Positions 24,402 through 37,425 of a stretch of DNA of 55,556 nt are shown piece after piece. A program made the position numbers and the translations under genes. Numbering within the stretch: position 1 is the stretch's first letter; every line of letters starts with the position of its first letter. The notes beneath the pieces are model-generated. The model was given only the letters and a program-made list of their open reading frames with translations. It was not told where the DNA came from and made no database searches. Origin of the DNA: Guillardia theta CCMP2712 (lineage: Eukaryota; Protista; Cryptophyta); NCBI RefSeq assembly GCF_000315625.1, contig NW_005434600.1, positions 383,521 to 439,076 of the forward strand, in the 5' to 3' direction.

Positions 24402-26308
24402 ATGCGGAAACATCTTTTCAACACCTTGCTGCTCTTCCTCGTCCTTCTTCCCACATGCCGATCGTACCTCGGCATCTTCATGCTGCCTCCTCGCTCAGGC
24501 GCTTCTTGTCTTGGAGCTCAACCACATGCTCGTCGTCCGGGCGGCGTCTCATTGAGGTCGGGTAAGGAGGAAGACCAAGTCTCGTCGAGCTTCTTGGAGC
24601 AGACGTTCGCTCATCGTTTCGTGGGTCAGCAGGAGCCTCTCGAGGTCTCGTGATTCATGCTTGCTCCTGCCAGGTCCCAAGGCCAGCGAGACTGCCAGGG
24701 ACAGCAGGCAGTACGAGAAGTTGGGGAGGCGAGTAGGACATGCTGCGACTACCAAATCTCACCCCATCCCAGGAGCTCATGGCAGCTACAGCACAAGGAG
24801 ATGCGGCGCTAGTTCGTGAGCTCTGCATTGAGGTCGTGAGGAGGAGGAGGAGGGAGGAGGGATGATGATGATGATGATGGAGGAGGGAAGAGGAGGAGGG
24901 AGGAGGGAAGAGGAGGATGGAGGAGGAGGAGGAGGAGATGTGAGATGGGAAGGCAGGGGAGGAACGGACATGTCGCGGATCCTGCGTACATCGATGAGTT
25001 TGGGTTCAGGCAAGGGGAGGGAGAGGGGAGAAGCTCGCTGAGCCCTCGCAGTTGCCTGCAGTTGGCCGGGAAGAAAGGCTTCTATGATGTGATCGTTGAG
25101 CTGCTGAATGCTGGCGCCGACATCAACTTGCAAGGAGAAGGTGAGAGAAGAGAAACGACGGCAATGCATCTCACTATACGACATACATTACGTGAAAACA
25201 CGGCACCCTTGCTCCATCTGAGAACAGCTAACGTTCACATCATCTGAGAACAGCTAACTTTCACATCATCTGAGAACAGCTAACGTTCACATCATCTGAG
25301 AGCAGCTAACGTTCACATCATCTGAGAGCAGCTAACGTTCACATCATCTGAGAACAGCTAACGTTCACATCATCTGAGAACAGCTAACGTTCACATCATC
25401 TGAGAACAAGAAACTCTCTCATGATCTCGCAACAACACACAATCTTATTCACGGCGTGAGCTCCTCTTGATGTTATCGATTTGTACAAACATTTTGCATC
25501 AATTGAGAACATTTTTGTAAGGTGGGACAACAGCACTTCATATGGCAGCACAGGTGATAATAAAACCTTTACTCTAACTCTTGCGCCAACTGAAATGCGG
25601 GAGCCAGTACGGGCATCTGGAACTTGTGAAGATGTTGCTGCAGGTGAAGTTATAGATGATATTATGTGATGAACATGTAATGAGATGAGATGAGACGAGA
25701 ATGGTATGGTATGGTATGAGATGGTATGGTATGGTATGAGATGAGATGGTATGAGATGAGATGGTATGAGATGGTATGGTATGGTATGGTATAAGATGAG
25801 ATGAGATGGTATGAGATGAGATGGTATGAGATGAGATGGTATGAGATGAGATGAAGGTTTATTCCAATCTGTTGTCATCTCATTCGCTTCACCAGGACGG
25901 GGCAGATGCGCAGGTGAAAGATTTCTCTGGCAGGTAGGAGGGACGCCAGCAACTTTCAACTTGACTCGTCGGCAGTACTCCCATGCTGCTCGCGCAGACT
26001 TTCGGACAGAAGGAGACAGAGAGCTTTCTGCGGAGTTACAAACCGCCAGTGTACGATCAAGGTAGGAGAGCAAGAAGAGATACAAGTTGTAACATGACGT
26101 GTAGGTGATGATGATCTCGATGACGTGTTTGTTGTCTCGAACGATGAAATCCCGTCCAAGATTGAACCCAAGGACAAGCTGAAGCCTTCGCAAGACATGC
26201 AAGATGAGCTTGAAAATTTCTTCAAGACGTGAGGGGATGAGATGAGAAAAATAGTTGTTCTTGCTCTCACCTACAGATCCGTTCTTAGACAACACCCGGA
26301 CTTGTTAA
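24402..26308 (+). CDS. Ankyrin-repeat protein with N-terminal signal peptide
   Basis: Signal MRKHLFNTLLLFLVLLPTCRS-Y; ankyrin segments QELMAATAQGDAALVREL, CLQLAGKKGFYDVIVELLNAGADINLQG and GGTTALHMAAQ...GHLELVKMLL; acidic tail. Confidence 0.7.
25215..25408 (+). repeat. Intronic 26-bp minisatellite (CATCTGAGAACAGCTAACGTTCACAT, ~7.5 copies)
   Basis: Head-to-tail units at 25215, 25241, 25267, 25293, 25319, 25345 and 25371, plus a partial unit at 25397; no spacers. Confidence 0.95.
25680..25852. repeat. (ATGAG/ATGGT)n pentanucleotide microsatellite, intronic
   Basis: Directly visible. Confidence 0.9.
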
Positions 26309-26419
26309 ACTTTTAGCTTATTATTATTAAATTACAACCCTCTCACTCCAGATAAACGCTTCACTTTACATTCTCACCAGCTTCCTTCTGAACCTTTGCT
26401 CTACTCCCGCTCCTCCTGT

Positions 26420-26522
26420 ACCCTCCCTCTCCCTCTCCCTCTCCCTCTCCCTCTCCCTCTCCCTCTCCCTCTCCCTCTCCCTCTCCCTCTCCCTCTCCCT
26501 CTCCCTCTCCCTCTCCCTCTCC
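26420..26522. repeat. (CCCTCT)n microsatellite
   Basis: Directly visible. Confidence 0.9.
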
Positions 26523-26580
26523 CCGTCTTCCTTGGTGACCCCCTCAAAATTCTCCCCCAGCAGCGACGTGACAACCTGCT

Positions 26581-26931
26581 CTACGGGGGGGCCATGCCTC
26601 CTCCTCCTCCAGAAGCATTTGGAGCCCGGCGACAGCTGAGACTTCTTGTCCCTCCTGCCCCTCTGTCTCAGGGGAAGGAAACGCGAGAGAAAGCGGGGGA
26701 AGAGAAGTTTGTGTGTGAGAGGAAGGGACTTGTGGGGTGAGTGGCAGGAAGGAGAGGGAAGGGAGAGCAGGAAGAAGGAGGCTTGAAGAACAGGGATAGG
26801 AACAGCAAAGCTGAAATGGTGGTGGTGGTTGTGGTGGTGGTAATGATGATGATGATGATGATGAGGAGGAGGAGGAGGAGAAAGGAGATGATGATGATGA
26901 TGATGATGAGGAGGAGGAGGAGGAGAAAGGA

Positions 26932-26984
<53 letters not shown>

Positions 26985-29900
26985 GGAGGAGGAGGAGGAG
27001 GAGGAGAAGGAGATGATGATGATGATGAGGAGGAGGCGGAGAAAGGAGATGATGATGATGATGAGGAGGAGGAGGAAGAGGAGGAGAAAGGAGATGAGGA
27101 TGAAGGAAGGAGGAGGAGGAGGAGAAAGGAGATGATGATGATGATGATGATGATGATGAGGAGGAGGAGGAGGAGAAAGGAGATGAGGATGAAGGAAGGA
27201 GCACAACGAGGGGAGAAGTCAACCTGTCGCTCTTGACCAAGGCGCCGAGATCATGGACAATCGTGTCGATGGGAGGAAAAACTTGCGAGTCGATTTTGCT
27301 GTAGCGAGAATGAGGATGAAGAGAGGAGAGGAGGAAGAGAGAGTGTAGGCAGAGAAGAGGATCTGATGGTACAGAGAGGAGGACCTGAAGATTGTGACAG
27401 CCTCCAGCTTTCCGTCAGGTTTTGTCCAGTTGGCAGAGATCTAGAAGGATGAGTGAGATGATAGAAAACAATGCAGGGAGAGAGGAGAGGAGAGGAGAGG
27501 AGAGGAGAGGAGAGGAGAGGAGAGGAGAGGAGAGGAGAGGAGAGGAGGGGGGAGGAGGGGGGAGGAGAGGAGGGGAGAGGAGAGGAGGGGAGGGGAGAGG
27601 AGAGGAGAGGAGAGGAGAGGAGAGGAGAGGAGAGGAGAGGAGAGAGAAGGGGAGGGGAAGGGAGGGGAGAGAGATTCAACAGAAGGAGATAGGCAAGCCA
27701 ACCTCGAAGGAGCCAATACGAGGTTGAGAGCTGTAAATCAGGAGCTCGGGAACGTTCTGAGATGAACGTCAACGAGGAGAAGGAGGAGGTTGAGGAGGGA
27801 AGGGACGAGAGAAGGGAAGGCACCTTGACGATTTTCAGAGTCGAGAGTTCGGGTTCTTGTTTCATGGCTTCAGCAAAACGCCGAAAACAACTTACAAGGA
27901 AAGTCATTGAAAGAGGCAATCCATGATCGGAAGGAATGATGACTCTCACGAAGAAGATGACAATGATAGTAATGAATGACATCAAGGCAATGAAAATGGA
28001 GAAACGAGAGGTGGAGATTGTCCTATCTCACCCTTCGTATTTCTCTGGATCATGTCTTGTGTTGAGATTTTGTTGAGCATATCTGAACGAATAATATCAG
28101 TCGAGAAGAGCAAAGAGATAAGAGGAGGAGGAGGCTATTTTGTTGCGAGAAGGAATTACCTCATTTCAACATGCAAGCAAAACGAAAACTGTCCGTTCCA
28201 GAGAGAGACCTGTATTCCTCCTCTCCTCATCTTCTTGCTCAGTTGCTCTACCGCCTGCTTCACGTTCTTCACCGCCTGCTCTTGCTTTTCCTGTACGTTT
28301 CGCTTCTTCCTCTGCCTCTGCCTAACTTCCTCCTCCTCCCTTGTGCTCCTGGTGGTGATTCGTCTGCTGCTGTTCAAGCTCGTGTTCGTAGAAATGCTGA
28401 TTCTGGCTCCAGATCGAACCTGATACCGGGGATGAGAAGAGGAGAAAAAGTGACAGTGCAAGAGCAGAGCAGAGCAGAGCAGAGCAGAGCAGAGCAGAGC
28501 AGAGCAGAGCAGAGCAGAGCAGAGCACGAGAAATCAGTTGGAGGAGTGGAGGGTCAGATCACTGCATGGTATTGTCTTGACACCTTTCTGATGTTTCTCA
28601 ATGTCCAGTCGCCTTGCTCGCCTCTTGTTTGACGAACAAGTTCTTCAAAGCTCTTGTCGAGGTCAAAGGGAGGAACTCTAGCAGGTATCCTCAAAGAATC
28701 TCCTCCTCCGCTTCCCATTCCTCCTCTTGCATCTCCCCATGCCCTGACCAGTCCTGCTCCTGCTCCTGCTCCTCCAACGTAGACTCTAGAGTTCAAAGTT
28801 TCTGGTCCCGCTGAAATCCTTCTGCCCAACATGGATCGATGAGCGCTGGATTCAGACTCTTCCACCTGCTCCCCAGCTGCGCGATGATCACCCGGCCAGG
28901 TGGCCCCCCATCTCCTCTCAGAGCTGTCCAGCTCCTCCTCCCCATGCAAGGTCGCGACCTGACAGAAGTCGGAATAGAAGCTTCCATCACAAGTTCCTCC
29001 TCCTCCTCCTCCTCCTCCTCTCGACCCCTGCCGTGTGCATTACAATCGTGCAAATGAAATGCAGGACGAACCTGTTGCGACGACTCCTGCGGGCGAAGCA
29101 GATCAGAAGCGATGGTGCTCATGGAGGTCAAGGAGGAAGCAGGAATCTTCCCTACTCTCTCGCTCTCAATCTCGATAGAGGGCGGAGGTCTCTCTTCTTG
29201 TACAAGCTTCTCAGCCTCCAGCCGCGTTTCCTCCCCCTGGATCGTCTGCTCCGATTTCTTTTCTTCTCGCATTTCTTCCTCGTTCACGGAGCATTCAATG
29301 CAAGGAAGCTGTTCTCCTCTCCCTGCAAGCAGATGCCTGCCGCTGCTCTGCCGGGTTTGATCAAGATGAGGAAGAAGCTTGTCCGGGGAGGAGGAGGGGG
29401 AGAACGAGGGAGCAGGAGAGGATCCAATCGCCTTTGATGGAGTGTTCACGTCGTCTGACAGGCTTGAGGCATCTTGCATGCTAACGCCAAACTTGGAGAA
29501 TATGCTCGAGAGACTCGAAGAAAATTCGACGTGCTCCTCCTCCTCCTCCTCCTCCTCCTTGCTCGCAGTCGCTAGCACTACCTCGTCTCTGCGCACCACC
29601 TTTTGGACTTGCTCGTGCTGCTCACTCTCCTTTCGTTTCTTTCCCTCCTCTCCTCTTGTTTCTTCCCTCATATCCTCCTGCATGAAGGAAGAAGGCAGCA
29701 TCTGGAAGTTCTCCACGGAGGATTCGTAAGAGTCAAACTCACTGATGCACCGGGAGCTCGCGACTTCGTCCAACGAAAAATCGCTTTCATGCTCCTCCTG
29801 CTCCTCCTGCTCCTCCTTCCCGACTTTGACGCATCTCTTCCCTGCTCTACTGTTAGCGTCCTCATCGTCAGCCTCCTCCTCCACCTGCAGCCTCCACTGT

Positions 29901-31362
29901 GCTGGATGTAGAAGCCTGAGAGCTTCCGTTGGGCGAAGGGAGACTTGACTCAAGCGAGGGCTTGCGGAGAATGTTCTCTTGTGTATCTTCCCCTCCTCTC
30001 GCTCCCTCCAGCTCTGCATGCCAGGCATATCCTCTGTCTGCTGCCGTCTTCGCTGCCTGCTAGCTGGTAAGAAGGTGGGAGCAGAGAGGATGACTGAGCT
30101 CACCGTCCTACCCTTCTTGTCGAGCAGCAGGGGATCGAGCCCGAGCTGCATCAGATGCTTGGCAAGCGCTCGCTGACCATGACGAGCAGCAACATGAAGC
30201 AGAGACTTCCCCTCCTCATTCCGAACCTCAAGATCCACCTCCTTGTTCGCGATCGCTTTGCTCAGCTTAAAAAACGTCATCATATGGTGGTGGTGGTGGT
30301 GAGGAGGAGGAGGAGGAGGAAGAGAAATGGTAGCAGAGATCAAAGATGGTCAAATACAAGGTAGCATGCACAGCTTTGTCGCACCTTCTCTATTTTCCCT
30401 GTGCGGGCCCACTTGAAATAAGTTTTGTGATCAACAGAGGATCGTGAGGACAGAGCAACGTCGCTAGACCGATCGCTTCCGCTACCCAGCGGCCTCAGCT
30501 TGATCTTCTCCCGAGGCTTTCCCACTTCCTCTGATTTCTTTCCTCCTCTATCCTCAGCGTGTCTCGTGCCCCCAACCTGGAAGTTTTATCAAACTTTTTC
30601 GCTCCTTCATCCTCTCCAATACCTGGTTAATTTCACCATAACCTTTTCCCCATCCAGCCCTCGTTCTCAATGGAATCGTCGATGGCGCTGGAGGTTGCGG
30701 TTTGTCTGTGCAATAGTGAATTGTCTGCAGCCACAAGCTTCTCCCTCAATCTATCGCCTTCGCTTCCCTCTCGTCCTCCTTTCTCCCGCAACCCCCCCCC
30801 CGCCCCTTACCTGTTCTATCAAGCCCGAGCTGTAGGAAGGCGGGAGGATTGAGGAATGCATTTTGCGACGAAGACGAGGAGGTCAACTTGTTATTCTTGT
30901 TTCCTAGGAAACTGTTCTGAAGGAAGGAAGGAACCTCGACCTGAATAATCGAATTGTCACACAAGTTGCCATGTGATTTCAATCATCAGCCTGCAGGTTC
31001 ACAGCTTTCTTCGGTTCCAGCCCCATTGCCGCCATCTCACTCTTCTCTTTCCGACTCTGCGTCACTTGAATGTCAGACAGACGAGCTCCAGTGCGAGGGA
31101 GCATCCGCACCCTTCCAAAGAGCTGGTGATCCCTTCACGTGCAACAAGTCACACGACAAGGAGAGCAGGCAGCAGAAGCCTCACCTTGGCGCCAATTGTC
31201 TTGAGTTTGCATCAGATTCATCAGAGTCCTGTTTTCAAGCATCATGAGAGATGTGACTTCAGATGTCACTCAAACACCTCAAAGACGGTTGCCAATCCCA
31301 GCCGATTCATCTTCCACCTCACCTAGCCCGTCTGATGAGGTTGCAGCAGGTGGCGCTGGCAT
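26581..31362 (-). CDS. Large multi-exon protein: ankyrin repeats, acidic linker and C-terminal Rdx/SelT-like thioredoxin-fold domain (may be two genes)
   Basis: Ankyrin [12 protein letters not shown]|[45 protein letters not shown]; C-terminal exons [22 protein letters not shown]...QPRIGSFEV...IF|[18 protein letters not shown]. Confidence 0.55.
26815..27200. repeat. Compound (GAT)n(GAG)n microsatellite, intronic
   Basis: Directly visible. Confidence 0.9.
27478..27670. repeat. (GAGAG)n microsatellite, intronic
   Basis: Directly visible. Confidence 0.9.
28461..28525. repeat. (AGAGC)n microsatellite, intronic
   Basis: Directly visible. Confidence 0.9.
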
Positions 31363-32487
31363 TGATCAGCATGATACTGCTCGTATTTGAATGCATTGAA
31401 GCATCTCATAGCATGCCGATCAATCAATCTACATGCTCTGGGCCGCCTGAGGTATCGAAATGCTCAGCAACGTGACAAAAAGGAAAAGATTGCAGGTCAA
31501 ATCCCAGGCAAGAAGAATGTTCACATCGATTAAAAACAATGCATCATATAAGTGAATCCACCAGGACAAAGCGATAAAGGTAGCGCGAAAACACTATTGC
31601 CACAACAGTACATTTCCCGAACAATATGAAAATATCACCTAAGACAAATGAACGAGGAAAGGGGGAAAACCAGCAAAGAGGCAGAACAATGACGCAGACA
31701 ACTAGGCGAGGAGGAAAAATCAGAGACAGGAACGAAATGGAGAAGGACATTGAGGAGGGCGAGCAGAGGAAGGAGAGTGTGAGGGAGGAGAACGAATGAC
31801 AACACATTTGGATCAGGTATTGTGAGAGGAACGAGGAACGAGGAGGAGGAGCTGGGGCAGAAGGGAGGAATCAAAAGTTGTCTGTTTGTCATAAAAAGAG
31901 GATCAGGAAGACGAGGAGGAGGAAGGGAAGAAGGGGAGCGGAAGCAGCTGACTCAAGCTAACAGTGCATCGATTCTGAACGCCCGCAGATAATCGCATTC
32001 GCAGCGTAGGGGTACTCGTAGATTTTGAAATTATTTCGACACTTCAAAAAATATTATGGAATTTAATTGATACCTTTGAAATATTGAGGGCTTGCACAGA
32101 AAAGTGAGGGCTCCTACGAAGGTTAACTGAAACTGAGTTTCAGTTATGGTGTCAGTAACTGTCAAAACAAAGAAATAACGGCTGAAAGAGTAGTGGTGAA
32201 GCTGCGAAGGCTTTTAGCCGAATGGCCAATTAGGTGTTAAGGTAGATGAGACAGAGGAAGGTGATGAGAGAAAGGTAAGGAGGGAGAATGTTTGGGGATG
32301 AGCGAAGTTCATGAACGGGAGGGGAGAAATCACAATCACAACTACCATAATCTCTGCACCTTTCATTTTTATTTGTGATGCTGTGAGTTGTGTGGCTAAT
32401 ATGTAGTCTCTGTGACGTTGTCAGAGACAACGTACCACAATATTGAATAGTCCACTGTAACTCATGTTTTGCATTGATTGTCAGATT

Positions 32488-33662
32488 TTAGATTTCAAGT
32501 GTAGTCACGGTCACCAAAGCTTCCCCGATATTGCTCCTTCGACCCATCTACCACTGTTGTGCGAAACCAGGCAGAAAGGGTTTAATGTTTGCTGTTAAGT
32601 CTTAAGAAGCTTGACAAGAACCTGTTGAGACCAGGATGTTGTTCTCCTTGCTACTGGGCTCATGACATCAATGTCCTTTCAACCAGCATGATAGCATCCA
32701 CAGAGTCTTCCACTTCGCATTAACTCCGCAGAGGATCTGTCAAGCTGTCAATCTTTATTGATATTTAAAATTGATCGATGCCAACCCTGTAAGGTAGAGA
32801 CGCAGCAACAGAGCACAAGCTTCTCTGGTGTATTATTATTGCTATCATGTGACTTCATTCGAAAGCTAGAATGTTGTTCGGCCGCACATGGGCGCTCTCA
32901 CCCACATATGTTGTCTCTCTCTACTTTCGACTTCCGCACTCTTCCTTGGGCTTCCTCAGCCTCAGTCAGAAAAAAGAGTCGAGGAGAAGCTTATGGATTG
33001 CTAGTTGATGGGTAGATCATTGACCAGAGAATTCGTTTATTTTCAATCAAAATCTACAATTTCTAGGGGAATAAGAGATACCTGCGTTCTAATTTTACTG
33101 CCTCACCTTGAAGAATTGAACAACATCACTCCGATTCGTTTGCCATTGTCAGCTTGCGGGGTCTCCGGCCCCTTCGCCTCCACTCGTCTGAACATGTCGT
33201 GAGAGAATTGATACATCTTTGACACGGACGCCCATCTTCACATCTTTGCTTCTTCTTCCTGCAAGCAACGCATGCTTGCTTGATTTGTTTCTTTATTCCT
33301 CCTCCTTGAACGCCGCTCAAGAAATCCTTGGGAAGATTCGAGATGAACGGGAGAGAAACTTGTTCGTCTTCAGGGATTTGTGAGTTGACTTCGGGCATCG
33401 CCTCCTCGTCGCTGCTCAAAGGCGAAGAGTAGTTGTTGGACGACAAATATGACGGTCTGCTCGGACAGGAAGACTCTGCAGGAAATTCTAGGAAGGGAAA
33501 CAGTGATTCCAATGGGATATCAACCGAACGGTCCAGATCATCCGATGTAAGCATGTATGCACCCAAGTCTTCAGGAGTGAATGCCACGAGAGCGATGGCA
33601 TCCTCCAAGCTGTGCGACGCCTTCACCAGATCTTGCATATCGGTACTGATAAAGTTGTCCAT
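32488..33662 (-). CDS. Zn(II)2Cys6 (GAL4-type) binuclear-cluster transcription factor
   Basis: ACVACRKKKQRCEDGRPCQRCINSLTTC fits C-x2-C-x6-C-x5-C-x2-C-x6-C and is followed by basic RRRGRRPRK; the 3' exons are approximate. Confidence 0.8.
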
Positions 33663-36600
33663 GGATCGATGTGCAGAATACATTGAGGGAAGAGGAAAAG
33701 ACAGACAGGAAAACAAAGGAACCTTCAGAGCGTTCAAGAACAAGAAGCAGCAATCGATGAATTGATTGACGCAAGCTGAGTGTGAGGCGAAGGAAGAAAT
33801 ACAGTGCAAGCAGTACAGATGGGAAGTCTTTTGAAGGGTGGGATATTGGGGAGAAGTCACGGCACTCTCGGTCAGCCCTGAGAACGCTATCCGATTTGAA
33901 ATTATCTCTTTTCGAAAATACAAAAATCGCGGGCCTACAAGATCCCGAATCTTTTGACAGTTTTGGACACCCACCCCACAAGTGAGTGCTGATGGACCCC
34001 TTTGATGAAACCTCTACAGTTTTACTTCCCCTGGTCTTGTCATCCGACCCCAAGATGACCCGAATCCAAAATGAGTCTTTTCACATTCCAAAATAAAACA
34101 CGATTTACATAGATTATCCGAGACGAAAAAGAAACTTTTCGATGCGGGTGGCGTAGGGACATGAGGTGACAAACATTTTACCTTTTTAGTTTTAGTTAAT
34201 GGGAAGAGTCTAGCCCATGCTTCATCCCCGCTATCCCCCTCCCGCCAGCCTCCCTCACCCTCGATTTATCATCATCCCACCCTACCCTTCCTAGTCGAAC
34301 TCATGCAAGACCGAAATGAATTGAATCAAAAGATAGGAAATCTGGAATGGAGCAACTCTCTTGTAAAGCCAAGTGGTAGTGGGTACAGTAGTGTGAGGGC
34401 CCTGAGTGTTGACGGGTGTATCATGTCTTTTTTACTCATGACATCCGAATAATTTTGTAAAAGGCGGCGTTACCTAAATTTGCAGATGGACTTTTTTTTT
34501 AACCCCCCCACGCCGCCCCCACCCCCTCCCCTCGCTCCGCCCCCAACCCTTCACTTGCCTTCACTTCCCTGCCACGCTTTCATGTCCCCCTGCAATGGAC
34601 TTCCTTCACTACTGCTCTCCTCTTCTTCCTTGATCATATCGAGTCTACCCATATCACCTTCGGCCTTCACTCGTGATCTCAGTGTACAGCGTCAACTGCG
34701 CTTCACATGAGCCCTTGGATATCGGTCTTGGTCAACACAGATGTTATGGGCTAGCAAGCCAAGCTTATTTCAACTTTCTTTCTCTGGGCATGCAGTGTGT
34801 ACGTGAGAGCAGGACAGAGTGCAGCTTACATCACTGTCAAGCCTCAGTATCTTTCAGATCATCCCAATGACATTCTCGGACATCAGTGTCCACTTCATTG
34901 TATGTTTTCAGAACCGGCAATGCTCTGAAATTGCCGACATCACTGGTGATATATACCATGGTTGCAGGGTGGTGTCACGCCCGAACATGAGAGGAGAGAA
35001 TAGCCCCATCTAGCTGAATGATATAGGCTAAGGCAAGGACTAGGGGTAGAGTCTTCTTGCTCAAGGAAGCAGAGGTGTTCTCGGCTTGGAAGTTGAAAAG
35101 CTTCCTCCTTAGATATCGAACATCCCATCAGAGGAATCCTTGCTCTCTCGTAGGAAAGAGAACCCCGTCCTCTTAGCTTGAAAGCCACCACGGGTACACG
35201 GTTCCTGCATGTCTCTGAGACTCTGGCTCAGTTCCCATGAGCTCTGACTGGTGGGCTCACCGAAACCCGATTAACACAACTTATTCCCACGGAAAGTCTC
35301 GTTCAAGGTTGCAAGGCTCGTCTGTTTCGGTGGAGCAAGAAGAAGCAATCCTGAAAAGAGCTCCGTTCAGTTGCATTATGACAGAAAGAATCGCATCTAA
35401 GTAACGCCGCGGAATGTTGCGTATTGTAGTATTGCAATACAGTGATTCTGTAGACTGGGTACTTGAATGCAGTGTTGACAGCAGTAAATCAGGGATCTGA
35501 ACCAGCACCAGACAGTACAGTGTTTCTCCGCGTTATGGTATAACTCGTGACCGTAGAAGAAGAGGAACACACACTAGTCCTCAGTGTTCACCACTGGTAT
35601 AGTGACTGTCTTGAATGCAATTGAAACGCACGGCGCGAAAACCAGAAAACTATGATGAGCGGCCGTGGGTGGGGCAAGATGCGCTCCGCGAAGAAGTCGA
35701 GGATAGTGTTCCCAAGAAACACAAGAGTCAGATTGAGTCACACACACTTGAACAATGATTACATGAGTCGCAAATGAGAAAGAAAGCGGGGATGTTCAGA
35801 TCGGATCGAGAGAGAGAAATGAGTCAGCGATAGTTTCCTGATGCTGGTCGTAAGTTAGGTGGAGCACCTTCTCCAGACCAAGTACAGGGAATACAAACCC
35901 TCATCAGTACTTCTAAGACGCCAACTTCCAACAAGGGAAATACTAACTCTGGTCGTCATCTCTGAACATCATGGCATGTACCACCCCATCTCACCGTGAA
36001 CCGTTCAGTGACGGCCGGCCGCGTTGGCCCAGACTGAGAGGAGCCTCGCGAGACCTAGAGAGTTACTAAGTTCTATCTCACTGACTGCTACTCCCGGCTG
36101 CTATCTGAGAGACACTAGTCTACAACTTATTACTACCGGTTCTTTTAGTACCAGGGTATGTTTCAGAGTTACTATATGATACAGTATCATCGACCGTTTT
36201 GGTTGTCTCCTGCATCAGTTCTAGTCACCACCCCATGAATTTCCACGATTCAACGGTGCCGGGGTGGCAAGTGGGCAAGTGGGCCAGTGGTTTTTACTTC
36301 CTTCCCCTCACTCGTCGGGGGGCCCGTACACTTAAGAACCCACACGGGCCATGTACTAGCCTCCATAAAACTTCGGCTTCAGATCGGGGTGACTATTTGA
36401 ATCAGTTTTGAATTCTCAGAACACAACCACTGGGTGGGTTACCGGTCAGTGACTACCCCTTATGTTTACTGAAGTATGATCTAAAATGTGGGTAGGTTGA
36501 TTTGAATTTTCGATGTACGGTCCCCAGTCCGAGGCGCATGCTCATGCCAGTGTGAATAGGCTGACGCAGTCACTGTGAGCTGAAGGAACATTCCACTTGC

Positions 36601-36762
36601 CAAGTTGGAACAAGATCGCTTGGGTCGTCCTCCAGTGTCACGATGATCGTCAAAAACTGAGTGCCGCTCAGCGGCTAGTGACTCGTCCGAAGAACTTGGA
36701 AATCGATAGGCTATCCGAAAACGACATGTAACTTAGTAAACTTGCTATCACAACAAAAAATT

Positions 36763-37128
36763 TTAAGCTCCGCGTGCTCTCAACCGGGCTCGAACCGATG
36801 ACCTTCGCCTTATCAGAGCGACGCGCTACCAACTGCGCTATGAGAGCTTGCTGTATAGCTGCTGACAACTGTATATGTACCTGTGCGACCACCCCTACCC
36901 CCTCCAGATGTACCCACCTTCATCTTCACCGTAAACTACCCCCTTCTTCTCGTGTACCCGACTCAATCTTGTACACCCCGAACCCCCCCTGCCACACTCT
37001 CCCCTTTCTCTAGCTTCACCTGCGGCCTCGCCCCCGCCCTCCCAATGGCCGTCAGGAGTCGACGGGAGAGCGAACGGGGTGAAGGGAGTGGAGATGGAGC
37101 ACAGAGAAGGGAGGGAGGGGAGAGATGG
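36763..37128. repeat. Duplicated ~366-bp tRNA-containing block, copy 2
   Basis: Matches 5337-5702 without indels. Confidence 0.95.
36775..36847 (-). tRNA. tRNA-Ile (anticodon GAT), copy 2
   Basis: Identical to 5349-5421; followed on the minus strand by T6 at 36755-36760. Confidence 0.93.
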
Positions 37129-37425
37129 TGATTCTCGTGTATATAACATAAAACAGGTTTTTGGTTTCGTCCTGTAATGCATCCCTGGAACGATGACCCA
37201 AGGGCGATCAAGAATCATGTGATAAGCCCGATCTCCCCTTCCCTTCCCTAACATGCTCAATCAACTACATCTTTTGACGCTCGTCTACATGATCACACAT
37301 ATTCATTTCACGCAACCACGTTACGACACGCGAATTTATTGATCTCCATCTCGAGTGATCTCTGATCTTATCTGAGAGATCACGTTGTCTGCTGAGTGGT
37401 AGATGTTGCTTGAGATAAAATCAAA

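Noticed and set aside
25215-25408. CRISPR-like regular 26-bp repeats
   Set aside because: The units are head-to-tail with no unique spacers, there are no cas genes, and the array lies inside a eukaryotic intron.
26396-27985. Several long low-complexity ORFs (LPLP, EERRG, poly-M/I/S)
   Set aside because: Microsatellite-derived; they lie in introns or the 3' flank of the minus-strand gene.
34700-35700. Possible decayed minus-strand gene (faint nucleotide-sugar-transporter- or GT-like words such as FRSL, PSLQ, NVIGMI)
   Set aside because: The motifs are too short and scattered over frames with stops; not supportable without a profile search.
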